The notes: generated by a model not told the origin, from the letters alone. 64,000 nucleotides of DNA from an uncultured Acidobacteriota bacterium (GCA_963805975.1 CAWDVR010000004.1:1-64000); one strand, 5' to 3'. Shown: positions 1 through 10,378, counted from the stretch's first letter. A program made the numbers and translations.

Positions 1-692
1 GTTTCCGATGTCCTCGCTCTGCTCGACGCTGAACGCGACGAGCGGGGCATGAGCAACTGGGAGAAGCTGGGCTCGAGCACCGCGGGGATGAGGGACCCGG
101 AATACGGCTCACACGGCTGCGCAGGCTGGCGAAACGGATTGGGCGCAACCGGGGAGCTCGCGCACGCGCTCTGGAAGACCGACGTCTACGAAGCCAGAGT
201 GATCGCGCTTCTCGTCGACGACCCCGCGCGAATCACCCGTGACCAGGCCGAAAAACAGGTCGAGGAGTTGGCCGGCGGCATGCTGGCCCACGTGTTTTCT
301 TCCTGCGACGCGACGCTCGCGAAGACGTCATTCGTGGTCGAGCTTGCCGACCAGTGGGTCAGGAGCGACGATCCCGTACGCCGCGATTACCGGTACCGGG
401 CTGCTCTATGAGGCGTCGAAGTTCTCCGGTAAGAAGGCGCCGAGCGAGTCTCCTCGCCCATGTCGAGCGCATCGCGGACACAATCGGGACGGAGTCGGAG
501 AAGGTCCGGCCTGGCTATGGGTGCGGCGCTGATGGGGATCGGGAAGCGGAGCGCTGTGTTGAACGCGGCGGCCCTGAAGGTTGCGCGGGATGTGGGGCGA
601 TCGAGTTCACCTCCGCCAGCGGCGAGTGCGAGCCGTTCGACGTCGCAAAGCATCTGACCACCGACCGGTTGAAGGAGAAGTTGGGGGTGTAG
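1..692 (+). pseudogene. DNA alkylation repair (AlkD-like) protein, 5'-truncated by the window edge and frameshifted; probable integron cassette
   Basis: Consecutive fragments ELAHALWKTDVYEARVIA, GLLYEASK, LAHVERI, MGAALMGIGKRS and CEPFDVAKHL lie in different frames. R''-like GCCGAAC at 767-773. Confidence 0.6.
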
Positions 693-776
693 GTGTGCTT
701 GGCATGGCATCGCCGACGGCTTCGGTCTGAGCGAGAACAGTTGGTTGCTGCTGCTTGTGAATCGCCGCCGAACACG

Positions 777-939
777 TATGAGGCCCCCGGCTGTCAAGGG
801 CAAGACGCTCCAGCGGCGACCTCCGGATCGGTAGGTCGCTTGGGAGGCAGAAGTCGGTGAGAGGAGCAACCCTCCCCTGCTTGGTTTCGCATCGGCGCAG
901 CGGAGTGAAGCCGTCTGCACCAAACACGTATCGAAGCTC
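777..939 (-). mobile_element. Orphan IS110/IS1111-type non-coding right end, type A copy 1
   Basis: Homologous to 2339-2497 and 37464-37626. The minus strand ends CTTGAC..CCTCATA three bases from the attC R'' box. No transposase nearby. Confidence 0.65.
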
Positions 940-1129
940 AGCCGCCGCCGAGGCCACAGGTGCTCAAGTGGAACCTCTCCTTGGGGCGTGCGTTCTAGTA
1001 ACGAGGTGATGGCATGGTGCTCCGGTCGGCGGCCCGGGTTATTCCCTTCTTCGCCAGCGCGGTTCTTGTCGTCGGCTGTCTCGGCTCGTAGCGGCCAAGC
1101 GCAGGCGGGCGCTTTCGGACGTTGGAACC

Positions 1130-2170
1130 GTGTCGTTCGAGCTTGTCGACGCCAGTCGCAGCGACCCGCTTGAGAGCGGCCTCCCGAGACAATGGATGGT
1201 GCAGGTCTTTTATCCATCACGGCCATCCGTCGTCGTTTCTACGTACGTAGACGACCCCGCACTGCTGGAAGAGTTGATACGGGAGAACTACTACGACACA
1301 GGAGAAGCGGTCCTTCGATCGTGGGCCCGCTTGCCAGCCGTCACAGCCGAGAGAGCGATCCCAGCGAGCAGTACGCGGCTGCCGGTGGTGACTCTCTCCC
1401 CAGGTCTTGGCTTCGCGCGATTGAGCTATGCCCATATCGCGGCGGCGCTGACTCGTAGGGGCTACGCAGTGGTAGTCATCGACCATCCGTACATCGGCGT
1501 GAGCCGGCTTCCGGAGGGTCGTCTCCTCCGCGCGGCGGACGACCCAGCGACTTCGGGCCAGAACGTGGCCGCGGAATCCGAGCGCGTAGAGGAACGGGGA
1601 GAAGATATAGCAAGAGTTCTCGACCGTCTTCCCGCTGGGTCGGCGACGCCGATGATTGGGGGCCTAGCTCTCGACCTCGACCACGTGATCGCGACGGGGC
1701 ATTCGATCGGGGGCACCACCGTCCTGAAAGCCTGCGGCGAGGACCCGCATCGCCGCTTGCATCGACTTCGAGGGGAGCCTTCCTGCGGAGCCATGGGAAG
1801 GAGCGCGCAAGCCAACGCTCGTGGTTGTGAGCCGGTCTGGTGGTCGCCCACAGAGTTCGCCGATTGCTCCCGACCTCGCAGGCCAGATCGTGACTGCTCT
1901 CGACCGTGATGACGCTACCGCTTGGGTGGTAAAGGTCACCGGTGGAAGTCACACCAGCTACTCCGATGCGCCGCTCATGATGCCCGCGACGCTGTCGCGT
2001 TTCGGTGGGACCCTAATCAGTGCGGATCGATCTATTGCGCTGTACTCGGGTCTGGTAGACGCGTTCGCGCGGGCCTCGTCGCGGCGGCGACGAACTGCGA
2101 GTTGCGCAGCGTCCCTGGCCACCGCTCCCGAGGCCGACGGCCGCCATACTTACGAGCTGCGCGCTGAGAT
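1130..2170 (+). pseudogene. Alpha/beta hydrolase (PAF-acetylhydrolase-like), frameshifted; probable cassette
   Basis: Motifs VQVFYP, LPVVTLSPGLG, GYAVVVIDHP, GHSIGG, then GGSHTSYSD in a second frame (1821-2327). R'' GCCTAAC at 2329-2335. Confidence 0.7.
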
Positions 2171-2338
2171 TGTAGATGAACGACGACCTGCGGTCAGCAC
2201 GGCAGCGCCTCGATGTTTACCGCCGCTGAACTCAACGAGCTTGAAGCCATTGTCCGACCCGGACTGGACTCACGTCGACGGAAGCAACGCGTCATCGCGG
2301 TTGCCATCAGGAACACTAGCGGCGTGAGGCCTAACCCG

Positions 2339-2497
2339 TATGAGGCTCCCGACTGTCAAGGGCAAGACGCTCCCAGCGGCGACCTTCGGGTCGCGTAGGT
2401 GGCTTGGGAGGCGAATGAGGTGAGAGGATCGGGCTTCCCCTGTTTGACGCATCGGCGCAGCGTGGTGGATCGTCTGCACCAACGTGTATCGAAGCTC
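2339..2497 (-). mobile_element. Orphan IS110/IS1111-type right end, type A copy 2
   Basis: TATGAGGC..CTGTCAAGGGCAAGACGCTC...GTATCGAAGCTC shared with 777-939. Directly follows GCCTAAC. Confidence 0.65.
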
Positions 2498-2539
2498 AAG
2501 GGTCGCTGGCGGCGTTGATGATGCCGGCGTAACTGGCAG

Positions 2540-2612
2540 GAAGCGAAGGCGGGATCGGTCCAGATCCCGTCCGGCTCGAGTGGTTGAGCTTGACGGGAAC
2601 GGCCTACATCAA
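2540..2612 (+). mobile_element. Short remnant of the right end of the IS110 at 8296-9842 (type B)
   Basis: AGCTTGACGGGAACGGCCTACAT is identical to 9815-9837, preceded by a similar GATC hairpin. Confidence 0.7.
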
Positions 2613-2648
2613 GAGAGGGCGGAGAGCGACTACAACGGAGTTGCGCTC

Positions 2649-3065
2649 ATGTCAACAGAAAACCAAACCGTCATCCCGATGATCTCTTGCGAGACGAGTA
2701 TGCTTCCTCGAATAGCTAGCCAAGGCGTCGGCTTTGGGGAATAACATCCTGCGATCCCAACGGTCGGCTCATGCATGGCAAGCTAGCAGTTGGAATTTCC
2801 CGGCTTGGTTATGCTGGCCTCACCTACTCCGGACTATGAAGGTCCAAAACGGCATCGCGAAGGCTGCAACGCGCGAGGAGATGGTGATCTGTCCCGTGGA
2901 TTATCGATGGAGTTCTCGTCCAAGTGGACGACCTCGATGCACATCTTTGAGCGCGCGAAAACGTCGGGGGCAACAATACTTCTCAGAGAGGAGATTGAGA
3001 GACGGACCACCCAGGCAGAGGATACGGCAGGAAGATCCCGAAGGACACCGTTGGTTTTTTTCTAG
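2649..3065 (+). pseudogene. VOC/glyoxalase (PhnB-like) cassette gene, multiply frameshifted; paralogue of 9921-10331
   Basis: GLVMLASPTPDYEGPKRHR and EDPEGHRWFF match the intact copy. R'' GCCTAAC at 3083-3089. Confidence 0.75.
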
Positions 3066-3091
3066 AACGCGATCGTGGTATCGCCTAACAC

Positions 3092-3325
3092 AAACGTAGA
3101 TTCAGTAGCCCAGGGAGGGGTTAAGCCAGTTCACCGCCGAGGAGTCGAATGGGGTAGCTTGGTGCTCAGCCGAATCAGCCGACAGCGGATGAAGGTCCTC
3201 AGCGCAGTGCCGCATGACCCTCGGCGAAGCCCACAGCCCGGGCTCGGAGCAGGACGGAGAGGAGATCAGACCGGAGTCGGAGGCCATCGCTCAACGAAGG
3301 AGCTTGACAGCGGCCTACATAGAAG
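3092..3325 (+). mobile_element. Orphan non-coding right end of the type B IS110 family (partial bridge/seekRNA locus)
   Basis: Colinear homology to 9606-9842, e.g. GACCCTCGGCGA.GCCCACAGC and GCTTGAC..CGGCCTACATAGAAGGCGG. Confidence 0.8.
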
Positions 3326-3537
3326 GCGGGTTGCGCATACGAGAGACAAGGTACTCGCCCAGACCTGGACGAGGCCAACACTGAGCTTGGACGCGCGGCG
3401 CGCGTCACGAACCATTGGCGAGGATCGGAACCTTGCGTTATTCGGCCGCAGAGGGCTTAGAGGTAGGGACGAGGCTGTCCGCGCCTCTTGCCTGGCCTCG
3501 AGCGTGAACCCGTATGCGTGACCATGAGGAGACTGCA

Positions 3538-3940
3538 ATGAAACCCGAGCAGGTCGCGCCGAAGGACGTTTTTCTGAAGTTCAACTATCCAGAGCTGAAG
3601 GATCTAGGCAAGCACTTCCTAACGATCGCCTCCGCGACTGCGGTGTTCTTGGTTAGCTTTGTCGAGAAGATTGTCCGGTTGCCGGAGCCCGTGCCTGGGG
3701 ATAGTTCTCTGGGCCGACGGACTGTTCAAGACGACACTAGTCGCCTTGCTGGCGGCGATCGTCACCTCTGGCATCGGCCTCGTCACCAACTATATTGCCG
3801 GGGCGGGCGCGTCTGGCGCCATCATATGGGGTATTGGTAAGGACTTTCGGGCGCTTACCCGGCTCACCTATATAATGTATATTGTCGCCGGGTTCTGTCT
3901 GATTGCCGCCTACATCCTATTGGGCACATTGGCCTCGTAA
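3538..3940 (+). pseudogene. Small multi-TM membrane protein, frameshifted
   Basis: RBS GAGGAG and ATG. ELKDLGKHFLTIASATAVFLVSFVEKI continues as hydrophobic helices in the 3659-3940 frame. Confidence 0.5.
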
Positions 3941-4223
3941 GATAAATTTGTGCTAGCGACGGTCTTGGTTGAGACGGTGCACCTAGTGTGGGCTGTCTTG
4001 CGGTCCCTTGTGGTCTCGAGCTGGCCCGTGCCGCCTACCTCGGAGAACTGGCTACTACCTCGACTGTCGGTGGTGGGTAGGAGCTGCCTCCAGTGGACAA
4101 GTTCCGGCCTTAGGCCTTTTTGTTCGGGCACGCCGATCCTGGGTCGGACGAGGCGCGCCGTGACGCTCGTCGAATCGATGACCCTCCTATTGCCCCCTCC
4201 CGCCTCACGGGGGACCTGGACCA

Positions 4224-5211
4224 CTAAGTGCCGACCCCAGAAGAGGCAAAGACATCCTTTACAAAGGTCATGGGAAACCTGTAGCGGTCGTCTCGTGAGT
4301 CTTGAGGCTTTACGATCTCACGGTGACCAAACATTGGGTACTGGTCTGTCATTGCGCGAGAGAAAGTGCGCACTCTCAAGGGAAACTACGCCGTCATGAG
4401 GGCTGCCAATACCGTAGGTCTCTGGGGGTTTCTCTAGTCCGTTCCAGTAGACAGCAAGGGAAGCTAGAAACTCAGATCCGGGAGCAAGACTTCTCGCAAA
4501 GCCACGGCTAATACCTATCTCCTTTGCAAGCGTAGCTATTTTCGCGCCCTGATGGGGTGTGCCTATTGCGACAATTCCTCTAATCTTGGTAGTATTCTGG
4601 CCGAGCCGACTTTGAATAACCAATTCACGAGCTATTAGACCTCCCATACTATGCGCTACGATAGCTACGGCGTCGTACTTGTCAAGGACGCTATTCGCGT
4701 TCAGTTGCCGAAGAAGCCAGGAAACAAGCTGAGGAATATACAGGTTGCGACGCACCATAAAGGTTGGATAGGCTAGCGACAGCACATCACAGTTGTGGAA
4801 GATTGGATCCTCCAAAACTAGCTGCGGAAACCTATTCCACGTGGTAGCTCTATCTCCAGTCCATCCGTGGAGAAACACGATCAACTTTGTGTTGGCGTCT
4901 TCCTTGCGAGAAAACTCTGGAAGATGCAGCGCAACGGTCTTTGGGACCCGTGCAAAGATGCCGAACCATAGAATAGGAAAGATCAGTAGTAGAGGCGAGG
5001 AAACACTTAGGTAAGGTGTCCAGGAGTGAGAGGTGAGATCGAAGAAGTCGCTCGCTAGAGTAGCAACAAAATACAGACTCATAGCTGCTACCGCCAGGAA
5101 GAGAGGTCGCTGTACGCGAATCAGTAGATCGACCAAGCGAGAAGCAAGGGCGCCTAAGTCGGTGACCTGGGTGGTGCTATGCCTTCTGGATGGTGGTTCG
5201 AGGTCTACCAC
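4224..5211 (-). CDS. 2TM alpha/beta hydrolase (PGAP1/DUF676-like lipase), frameshift near 4345
   Basis: Two N-terminal hydrophobic helices, IVFLHGW, AHSMGG, GTPHQGA, DGVV. The catalytic-His motif GHREIVKP is in the shifted frame ending with TAG at 4224-4226. Confidence 0.75.
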
Positions 5212-5519
5212 GCCTGTGACCCTCGTGGAGATGACCAGAGAGCGTCGTCCCTGAGCAGGGCTCCGGCGGTTTCTGCGGCCTGGCCCAGGTGTAGAACCTG
5301 TGGGCCATTCTTCGGCAAGATCATCTCGATTCCGTGGCTAGCGGAACACAGGTTGAGGATGAAGGAAGCGAGATCATCGAGCCTGGCTACCTACCACTCC
5401 CGGTCTAGGAAGCGTGATTCTAGAGAGGGCAAGACAGGTAGCCGGCGGTTCGCGGCCTAAACTCGCGTGGGGCCTGACTTCGTCGTAGTCGTGTTTACAT
5501 GCCATCACGACACTCCTCG

Positions 5520-5680
5520 CCTTCTCCGGGTCGCGAAATCAGTGCTGTAAGAGGCACTCTCGGCGAACGATGCTGTTGAAGGCCTCGATATAGGCACTAT
5601 CGCTCGGTCGGCTAGGCCTGGAAGAGTCGAACTCGATTCCAGTACGCCCAGGCGTCCAGGGATCTCGATGTGAACTCGAG
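5520..5680 (-). mobile_element. IS3-family transposase integrase-core remnant
   Basis: Minus strand reads EFTSRSLDAWAYW...SRPSRPSDSAYIEAFNSIVRRECLLQH*F, a degenerate version of the IS3 PGKPTDNAYIESFN..RxECL motif. Confidence 0.7.
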
Positions 5681-5756
5681 GGGGCTGGAGCGAGGACGGC
5701 GATGAACGTCGACTGCTACTGCTAGAGAGTATTCCCGCGTTCAGTGCCCTAGAAGA

Positions 5757-6602
5757 TTAGTTGAGATCTAGTTCACAACTTCTCTTCCAGAGTGCTTCAA
5801 GGTAGTCGCGATAATAACAATAGGCGGCCTGATCGTGTCGCCATTCGATTCTGAAAACTGGTTTGTCAATCTCATCCTGCAAGCCGACCGGATGAAGGGC
5901 CAGAACGATCTCCCCGAGATGGCCGACCGAATCGCCGTAGCGAAGGATCGCTCCTACTGCCATCAGGAACGGTTAAAGTCGTACCTTAAGTCTCTCGGCC
6001 ATGCCTTCACGCTGGAGTTCTCTGGCAAGCTTTCTCACACCTTCAATCGCATGTTGTGCTTCAAGTGACTGGTCAGCCCACGTGTGCTGTGTACCCCACA
6101 TGTTTCTGAGTCTCTCTCGGCCTTCAGCATCTTGAATAGACTCCACGATGTGATAAAGTCCTGGGTCTGCAATGAGGATTCTTAACGTACAGGTCCGATT
6201 GGATCTTAGGACTTCCAAGAGCCTCTGCTGTCTACTGGAAAGAGCGAGTCGCCTGCTATGAGGTCCAACCATTAACAGGCCCGCTGCTCCAGCCCGGAAT
6301 TGGCTTTCCCAGACACCTTCTGACTGTTCAAATTCGCGATATCGGCAGTGTCTAAACTCATTCCTTGTTGCTACCGTCAAAGCGTCTCCGGTTCGCTCAT
6401 TCTCGAATACAAGATTCACCCTCTGCTGTTGCCACGTGGGATGCCCTAGTGGTTCGCTCTCTGGCCGAGCATTGATGCAAATCGCTGTACCGTTGTATCG
6501 ATCGGATATCTCTATTACGTTAAAGCCGGCGCCCTGATGGGAGGTGGCAGCGAGGGCGCCAAGGAGATGAAGATGTCCTGGCAACTCTGGGAGGAAGTCC
6601 AT
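5757..6602 (-). CDS. Hypothetical protein with DUF5919/PLD-like C-terminal domain, frameshifted near 5970
   Basis: ORFs 5973-6602 and 5757-5963 abut. LRILIADP, LKVRL and YxxYLEALWxRS pattern. Lower GC than flanks. Confidence 0.45.
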
Positions 6603-6665
6603 GGTGCTGGGGACTGACGATCAGTGACCTGGAGCTTCTCCGACGGACACCCGGCCAAGATCTGC

Positions 6666-6900
6666 TCAGATGGCCGGGAGGTTAAGCTTGGCGCTCGCGT
6701 GGCGCTGCACTGCTTCCCTTCGCCGGTCGTACCTCGCCGTCGTGACCGCGTCGGCGTGCCCTGCCAGCCGCTGGACGGTGAACACATCCACGCCGGCGTC
6801 GAGAAGGTCGGTGACGTAGGCCCTGCGGTACGAGTGCGGGGTGATTCCTTCAAGCCCCGCCGCGTGCGCTCCAAGGCCGATTTCAGGTACCACAGAAGGC
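6666..6900 (-). pseudogene. C-terminal remnant of an XerC/D-like tyrosine recombinase, same family as 41562-42495
   Basis: PHSYRRAYVTDLLDAGVDVFTVQRLAGHADAVTTARYDRR is identical to the 41.6-kb protein. Confidence 0.85.
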
Positions 6901-6940
6901 AGTTGGAGCGGGATTGACACTCATGCAACCCCACGGCTCC

Positions 6941-6993
6941 CTGTCGCAGAGCATCCCTGACACTCTGGGTCGAGCCACTGTCGCAGAGCATCC
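6941..6993. repeat. 16-bp direct repeat CTGTCGCAGAGCATCC x2
   Basis: Exact copies at 6941-6956 and 6978-6993. Confidence 0.85.
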
Positions 6994-7669
6994 AGGCGTC
7001 CCGTCACTCCGATCGGTAGCCAGGTGCTGAACCGTCGGACCTTTCGTCGTCCTGCGAACCAAGTAGGCAACGAAGCTCATCGGACGAAATCCTGTCCCAG
7101 AAGCTCCGAGTAACCCTCCGTACGGGGAGTTCACATCCTCGCCTGAACCGGGCCCACCTCGGGCTTCGCCCGTCGAAGGCCCACCGGTTCAACGAGTTCC
7201 GCAGGGCTTCGGATCGCCTCAGGCGCTGTCGTCTAATAGCTCGCTTCTCGAAGCTTCCGCCGAGCCCCGGCAAGGCTCTTCTGCGACACGCATTGTCGCG
7301 TTGCTTCCTATAGAGCGTGGTGTAGACTGCCACTAACTGCTGCCAAGCCAAGGAGTTGAACACGGCCCGATGCCGAGTCTTATCGCAGCCGACGCGACGT
7401 TGCTCGTCGGGTTAACACTGGGCAACTCAACGTCCCGCAAATAGAGAGGCGCAAGTTGGGCGGACGAGACACTGAGGAACGCATGCACCGATTCGTCACC
7501 TTCCTTGGGCGCGCCGCCGGCACCCCTGACGGTCCCCGACGCCACCCCGTCGGTGCCGAGAGACGATGAACGACCCGAACTGCCCATCGCTGCGTGTCGC
7601 TTCCCCAATGCTTCATGGCCGCCGCCGCAACTTCATTTTCGATAGTCCACGTCTCGTCAGGAGGTTCCC

Positions 7670-8119
7670 GTGAACTCAATCCCCCGCCCCGATCTTTCCG
7701 CCCGCCCGCTTCGAATGACCTGCGAATACACGGTCAACGCCAGGCCAGAAGAGGTCTACGCCGCCTGGACAAAGCGCTTCGACACCTGGTTCGCGCAGGC
7801 CGGAACGGTCGCCATGGTGCCAGAGTCAGGGCGGCCATACTTCTTCTACAACCGGGATGACTGGGGCAGACACCCTCACTACGGGCGATTCCTCGATGTG
7901 AAAGAAGGCCAACTCATCGAAATGACGTGGATGACGGGAAACGGAACCGCCGAGGGAACAGAAGGAGCCGAGACGGTTCTTCGGATTGAGCTTGTCCCCA
8001 AAGGCGGGGCTACGGAGATCCGCTTGACCCACTCCGGTTTCGTCTCCGAGAAGTCGCGCGACGGACACAAGGAGAACTGGCCACTGGCCCTCAAAATACT
8101 CAATGAAGCGGTGTCGTAA
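7670..8119 (+). CDS. SRPBCC/AHA1-like domain protein, integron cassette
   Basis: VNARPEEVYAAWT, IEMTW, TEIRLTHSGF and HKENW motifs. RBS AGGAGG. Followed by an attC. Confidence 0.85.
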   Translation: MNSIPRPDLSARPLRMTCEYTVNARPEEVYAAWTKRFDTWFAQAGTVAMVPESGRPYFFYNRDDWGRHPHYGRFLDVKEGQLIEMTWMTGNGTAEGTEGAETVLRIELVPKGGATEIRLTHSGFVSEKSRDGHKENWPLALKILNEAVS

Positions 8120-8235
8120 TCAACCTCTTGACAACCCTGGCGCCGCTCCATCGACGAGGTCGACTCCGAGCCCATGAATCGTCAGGAGGCCAGCCTCTTC
8201 TTCCGACTAGGAGTGGTTCCATGTTGGCCGGTGCC

Positions 8236-8295
8236 GCCCAACAGTCCGATGCAGCGGACCGGCCTCTGGCCGGCCGCTGATCGGCGGAGCGTTAG
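8236..8295 (+). other. attC site, interrupted in R' by IS110
   Basis: R'' GCCCAAC, L boxes CAGCGGAC/CCGCTGA around a hairpin, R' GTTAG followed by the IS. Confidence 0.85.
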
Positions 8296-8387
8296 ATCCT
8301 ATGCGTGGTCCGGGCGGTAGGTGGATCGGAAAGGAGCACGGGTCGTCCCGAGTAAGCTTCCTTTGAGACCAAGCAAAGGAGGAGCTT

Positions 8388-9530
8388 ATGAGCTCTCAGA
8401 CGACCCGTGGTAAGGAGTATAGCCAGAGGGCTGGGACGGTGTATCTGGCTTTCGAGCTGGGCAACACGGAGTGGAAGCTGGCGTTCACGGTGGGGCTGGG
8501 GCAGAAGCCTCGAGAGCGGACGATTCCGGCTGGTGAGGTTGGACGGCTGGCGGAGGAGATCGAGCGGGCGAAGCAGCGGTTTGGCCTGGCCAGTTCGGCC
8601 CGAGTGGTGAGCTGTTACGAGGCGGGGCGAGACGGGTTCTGGTTGCATCGGTTCCTGGGCGAGGTGGGGGTGGAGAGCCTGATCGTGGATTCCTCGAGCA
8701 TCGAAGTGCAGCGTCGAGGTCGGCGAGTGAAGACCGACCGACTCGATGCACGCAAGCTGGTGACGATGCTGATCCGCTACGACGGGGGTGAGCGCAAGGT
8801 GTGGAGCGTAGTGCGGGTGCCGGCATTGGAGGAAGAAGAGAATCGGCAGCTTCACAGGGAGCTGGGAGAGCTGAAACGCGAGCGGACGCGCCTGACGAAC
8901 CGGATCAAGGGCTTACTCGTGGGCCAGGGGATACGGATCGAGCTGAAGAGGGACTTCGTCGAGCGTCTTGGAGCGGCGCAGATGTGGGATAGCAGCCCTG
9001 TGCCGGCGGCGCTGCGCTGCCGGCTACTGCGGGAGTGGGAGCGCGTGGAGCTGATCAACCGACAGATTCGGGAGCTGGAAGACGATCGCGAGGAGCTGGT
9101 GCGGGAGTGGGACAGCCCGGAGGTCGAGAAGGTGCGCAGGCTGATGCAGCTACGCGGGATCGGGATCAACTTCTCCTGGCTTCTGGTCATGGAGTTCTTC
9201 GGGTGGCGACGGTTCCGCAACCGGCGTCAGGTGGGGTCTCTCGCGGGCCTGGTGCCGACGCCGTACCAGAGCGGCGCCAGCAGCAGGGAGGCAGGCATCA
9301 GCAAGGCAGGCAACGTGTGGGTGCGAGCGGTGGCCATTGAGATGGCCTGGGCCTGGTTGCGATTCCAGCCCCGCAGTGAGCTGGCAAGGTGGTACCGAGA
9401 GCGCTACGCTCAGGGCGGCAGTCGGATGCGACGGATCGGGATCGTCGCAGTGGCTCGCAAACTCTTGGTGGACCTCTGGCGGTACCTGGACTGGGGCGTG
9501 ATCCCAGCCGGCGCTGCCCTGAAGGCGTAG
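8388..9530 (+). CDS. IS110-family transposase/recombinase
   Basis: RuvC-like motifs LAFELG, CYEAG, KTDRLDA. C-terminal GIG, GLVPTPYQSG, ISKAGN, VAVARKL. Confidence 0.95.
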   Translation: MSSQTTRGKEYSQRAGTVYLAFELGNTEWKLAFTVGLGQKPRERTIPAGEVGRLAEEIERAKQRFGLASSARVVSCYEAGRDGFWLHRFLGEVGVESLIVDSSSIEVQRRGRRVKTDRLDARKLVTMLIRYDGGERKVWSVVRVPALEEEENRQLHRELGELKRERTRLTNRIKGLLVGQGIRIELKRDFVERLGAAQMWDSSPVPAALRCRLLREWERVELINRQIRELEDDREELVREWDSPEVEKVRRLMQLRGIGINFSWLLVMEFFGWRRFRNRRQVGSLAGLVPTPYQSGASSREAGISKAGNVWVRAVAIEMAWAWLRFQPRSELARWYRERYAQGGSRMRRIGIVAVARKLLVDLWRYLDWGVIPAGAALKA

Positions 9531-9539
9531 CAGAGTCGG

Positions 9540-9790
9540 AGTATTGATGAGAGCTGACGCTGGTGGAGGTGCCCGTTGTGCCGCCGGGTCTTCGAGTGAG
9601 GACCGAACGTTAGATGGGGCCACCCCGAGAGGGCTTCACCAGTTCGCCGAAGTCGAATGCAGGATTAGGTGCTCGGCCGAAATGAGCCGACACGGATAGA
9701 AGGTTGCTCAGGCGCAGTGACGCCTGACCCTCGGCGAGGCCCACAGCGACGGCTTGGAGTTGAAAACGAAAGCGGGGATCAGTCCGGATC
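9540..9790 (+). ncRNA. Putative bridge/seekRNA (boundaries approximate)
   Basis: Contains GTGCCGCC (9578), CGTTAG (9608), AGGAT (9661) and ATAGAAG (9696), which match the target flanks and element ends. Confidence 0.7.
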
Positions 9791-9920
9791 CGGAGATCCC
9801 CGCTCGAACCGAGAAGCTTGACGGGAACGGCCTACATAGAAGGCGGCGCGGCCGGCGCGGCAGTGCCATCGTGCGTGTTTGGTGTTCGAAACCTTCGTGG
9901 CATGGCGAAAGGAGAACAAG

Positions 9921-10331
9921 ATGCCAGACGTCGTTCCGTTTTTGACCTATGAGGATGGCATTGCCGCCCTAGAATGGCTGGCCGAAGTGTTTGGATTCAC
10001 GGAGACAGCTCGCTTCACGTCTACCGATGGGAGGCTTTCTCACGGAGAAATGTCGATTGGGGATGGACTAATCATGTTGGCCAGTCCGTCGCCGGACTAT
10101 GAAGGCCCCAAGCGACATCGCGGCAACTGCGAGATTGCCGCCTCATGGTCCGCTCTGCCATGGATCATTGATGGTGTTCTCGTCTATGTTGAGGACGTCG
10201 ATGAGCACTATGCTCAGGCGAAGGCTGCAGGAGCCGTTATCTTGTCTGAACCGGAAGATGGGCCGCCAGCGCGACGATATCGAGTTGAGGATCTGGAAGG
10301 ACATCGATGGATGTTCATGGCACGAGACTAG
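9921..10331 (+). CDS. VOC/glyoxalase (PhnB-like) protein, cassette
   Basis: VVPFLTYED, WLAEVFGF, HGEM, YRVEDLEGHRWMF. RBS AAGGAG. Confidence 0.9.
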   Translation: MPDVVPFLTYEDGIAALEWLAEVFGFTETARFTSTDGRLSHGEMSIGDGLIMLASPSPDYEGPKRHRGNCEIAASWSALPWIIDGVLVYVEDVDEHYAQAKAAGAVILSEPEDGPPARRYRVEDLEGHRWMFMARD

Positions 10332-10378
10332 TCCGCACGCTATTCACAATCGCAACGGGAGTGGAACGGGGTGCCGCC

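Larger units (their letters stand above)
8296..9842 (+). mobile_element. Complete IS110-family element with IS1111-like architecture, inserted in attC with an AG core
   Basis: Left junction CGTTAG|ATCCTATG, right junction CCTACATAGAAG|GCGGC. Subterminal CTATG/CATAG inverted repeat. About 310-nt 3' non-coding end with TTGACG near the terminus. Confidence 0.85.

Noticed and set aside
6941-6993. Mini CRISPR array
   Set aside because: Only two 16-bp repeats with a 21-bp gap, and no cas genes in the window.
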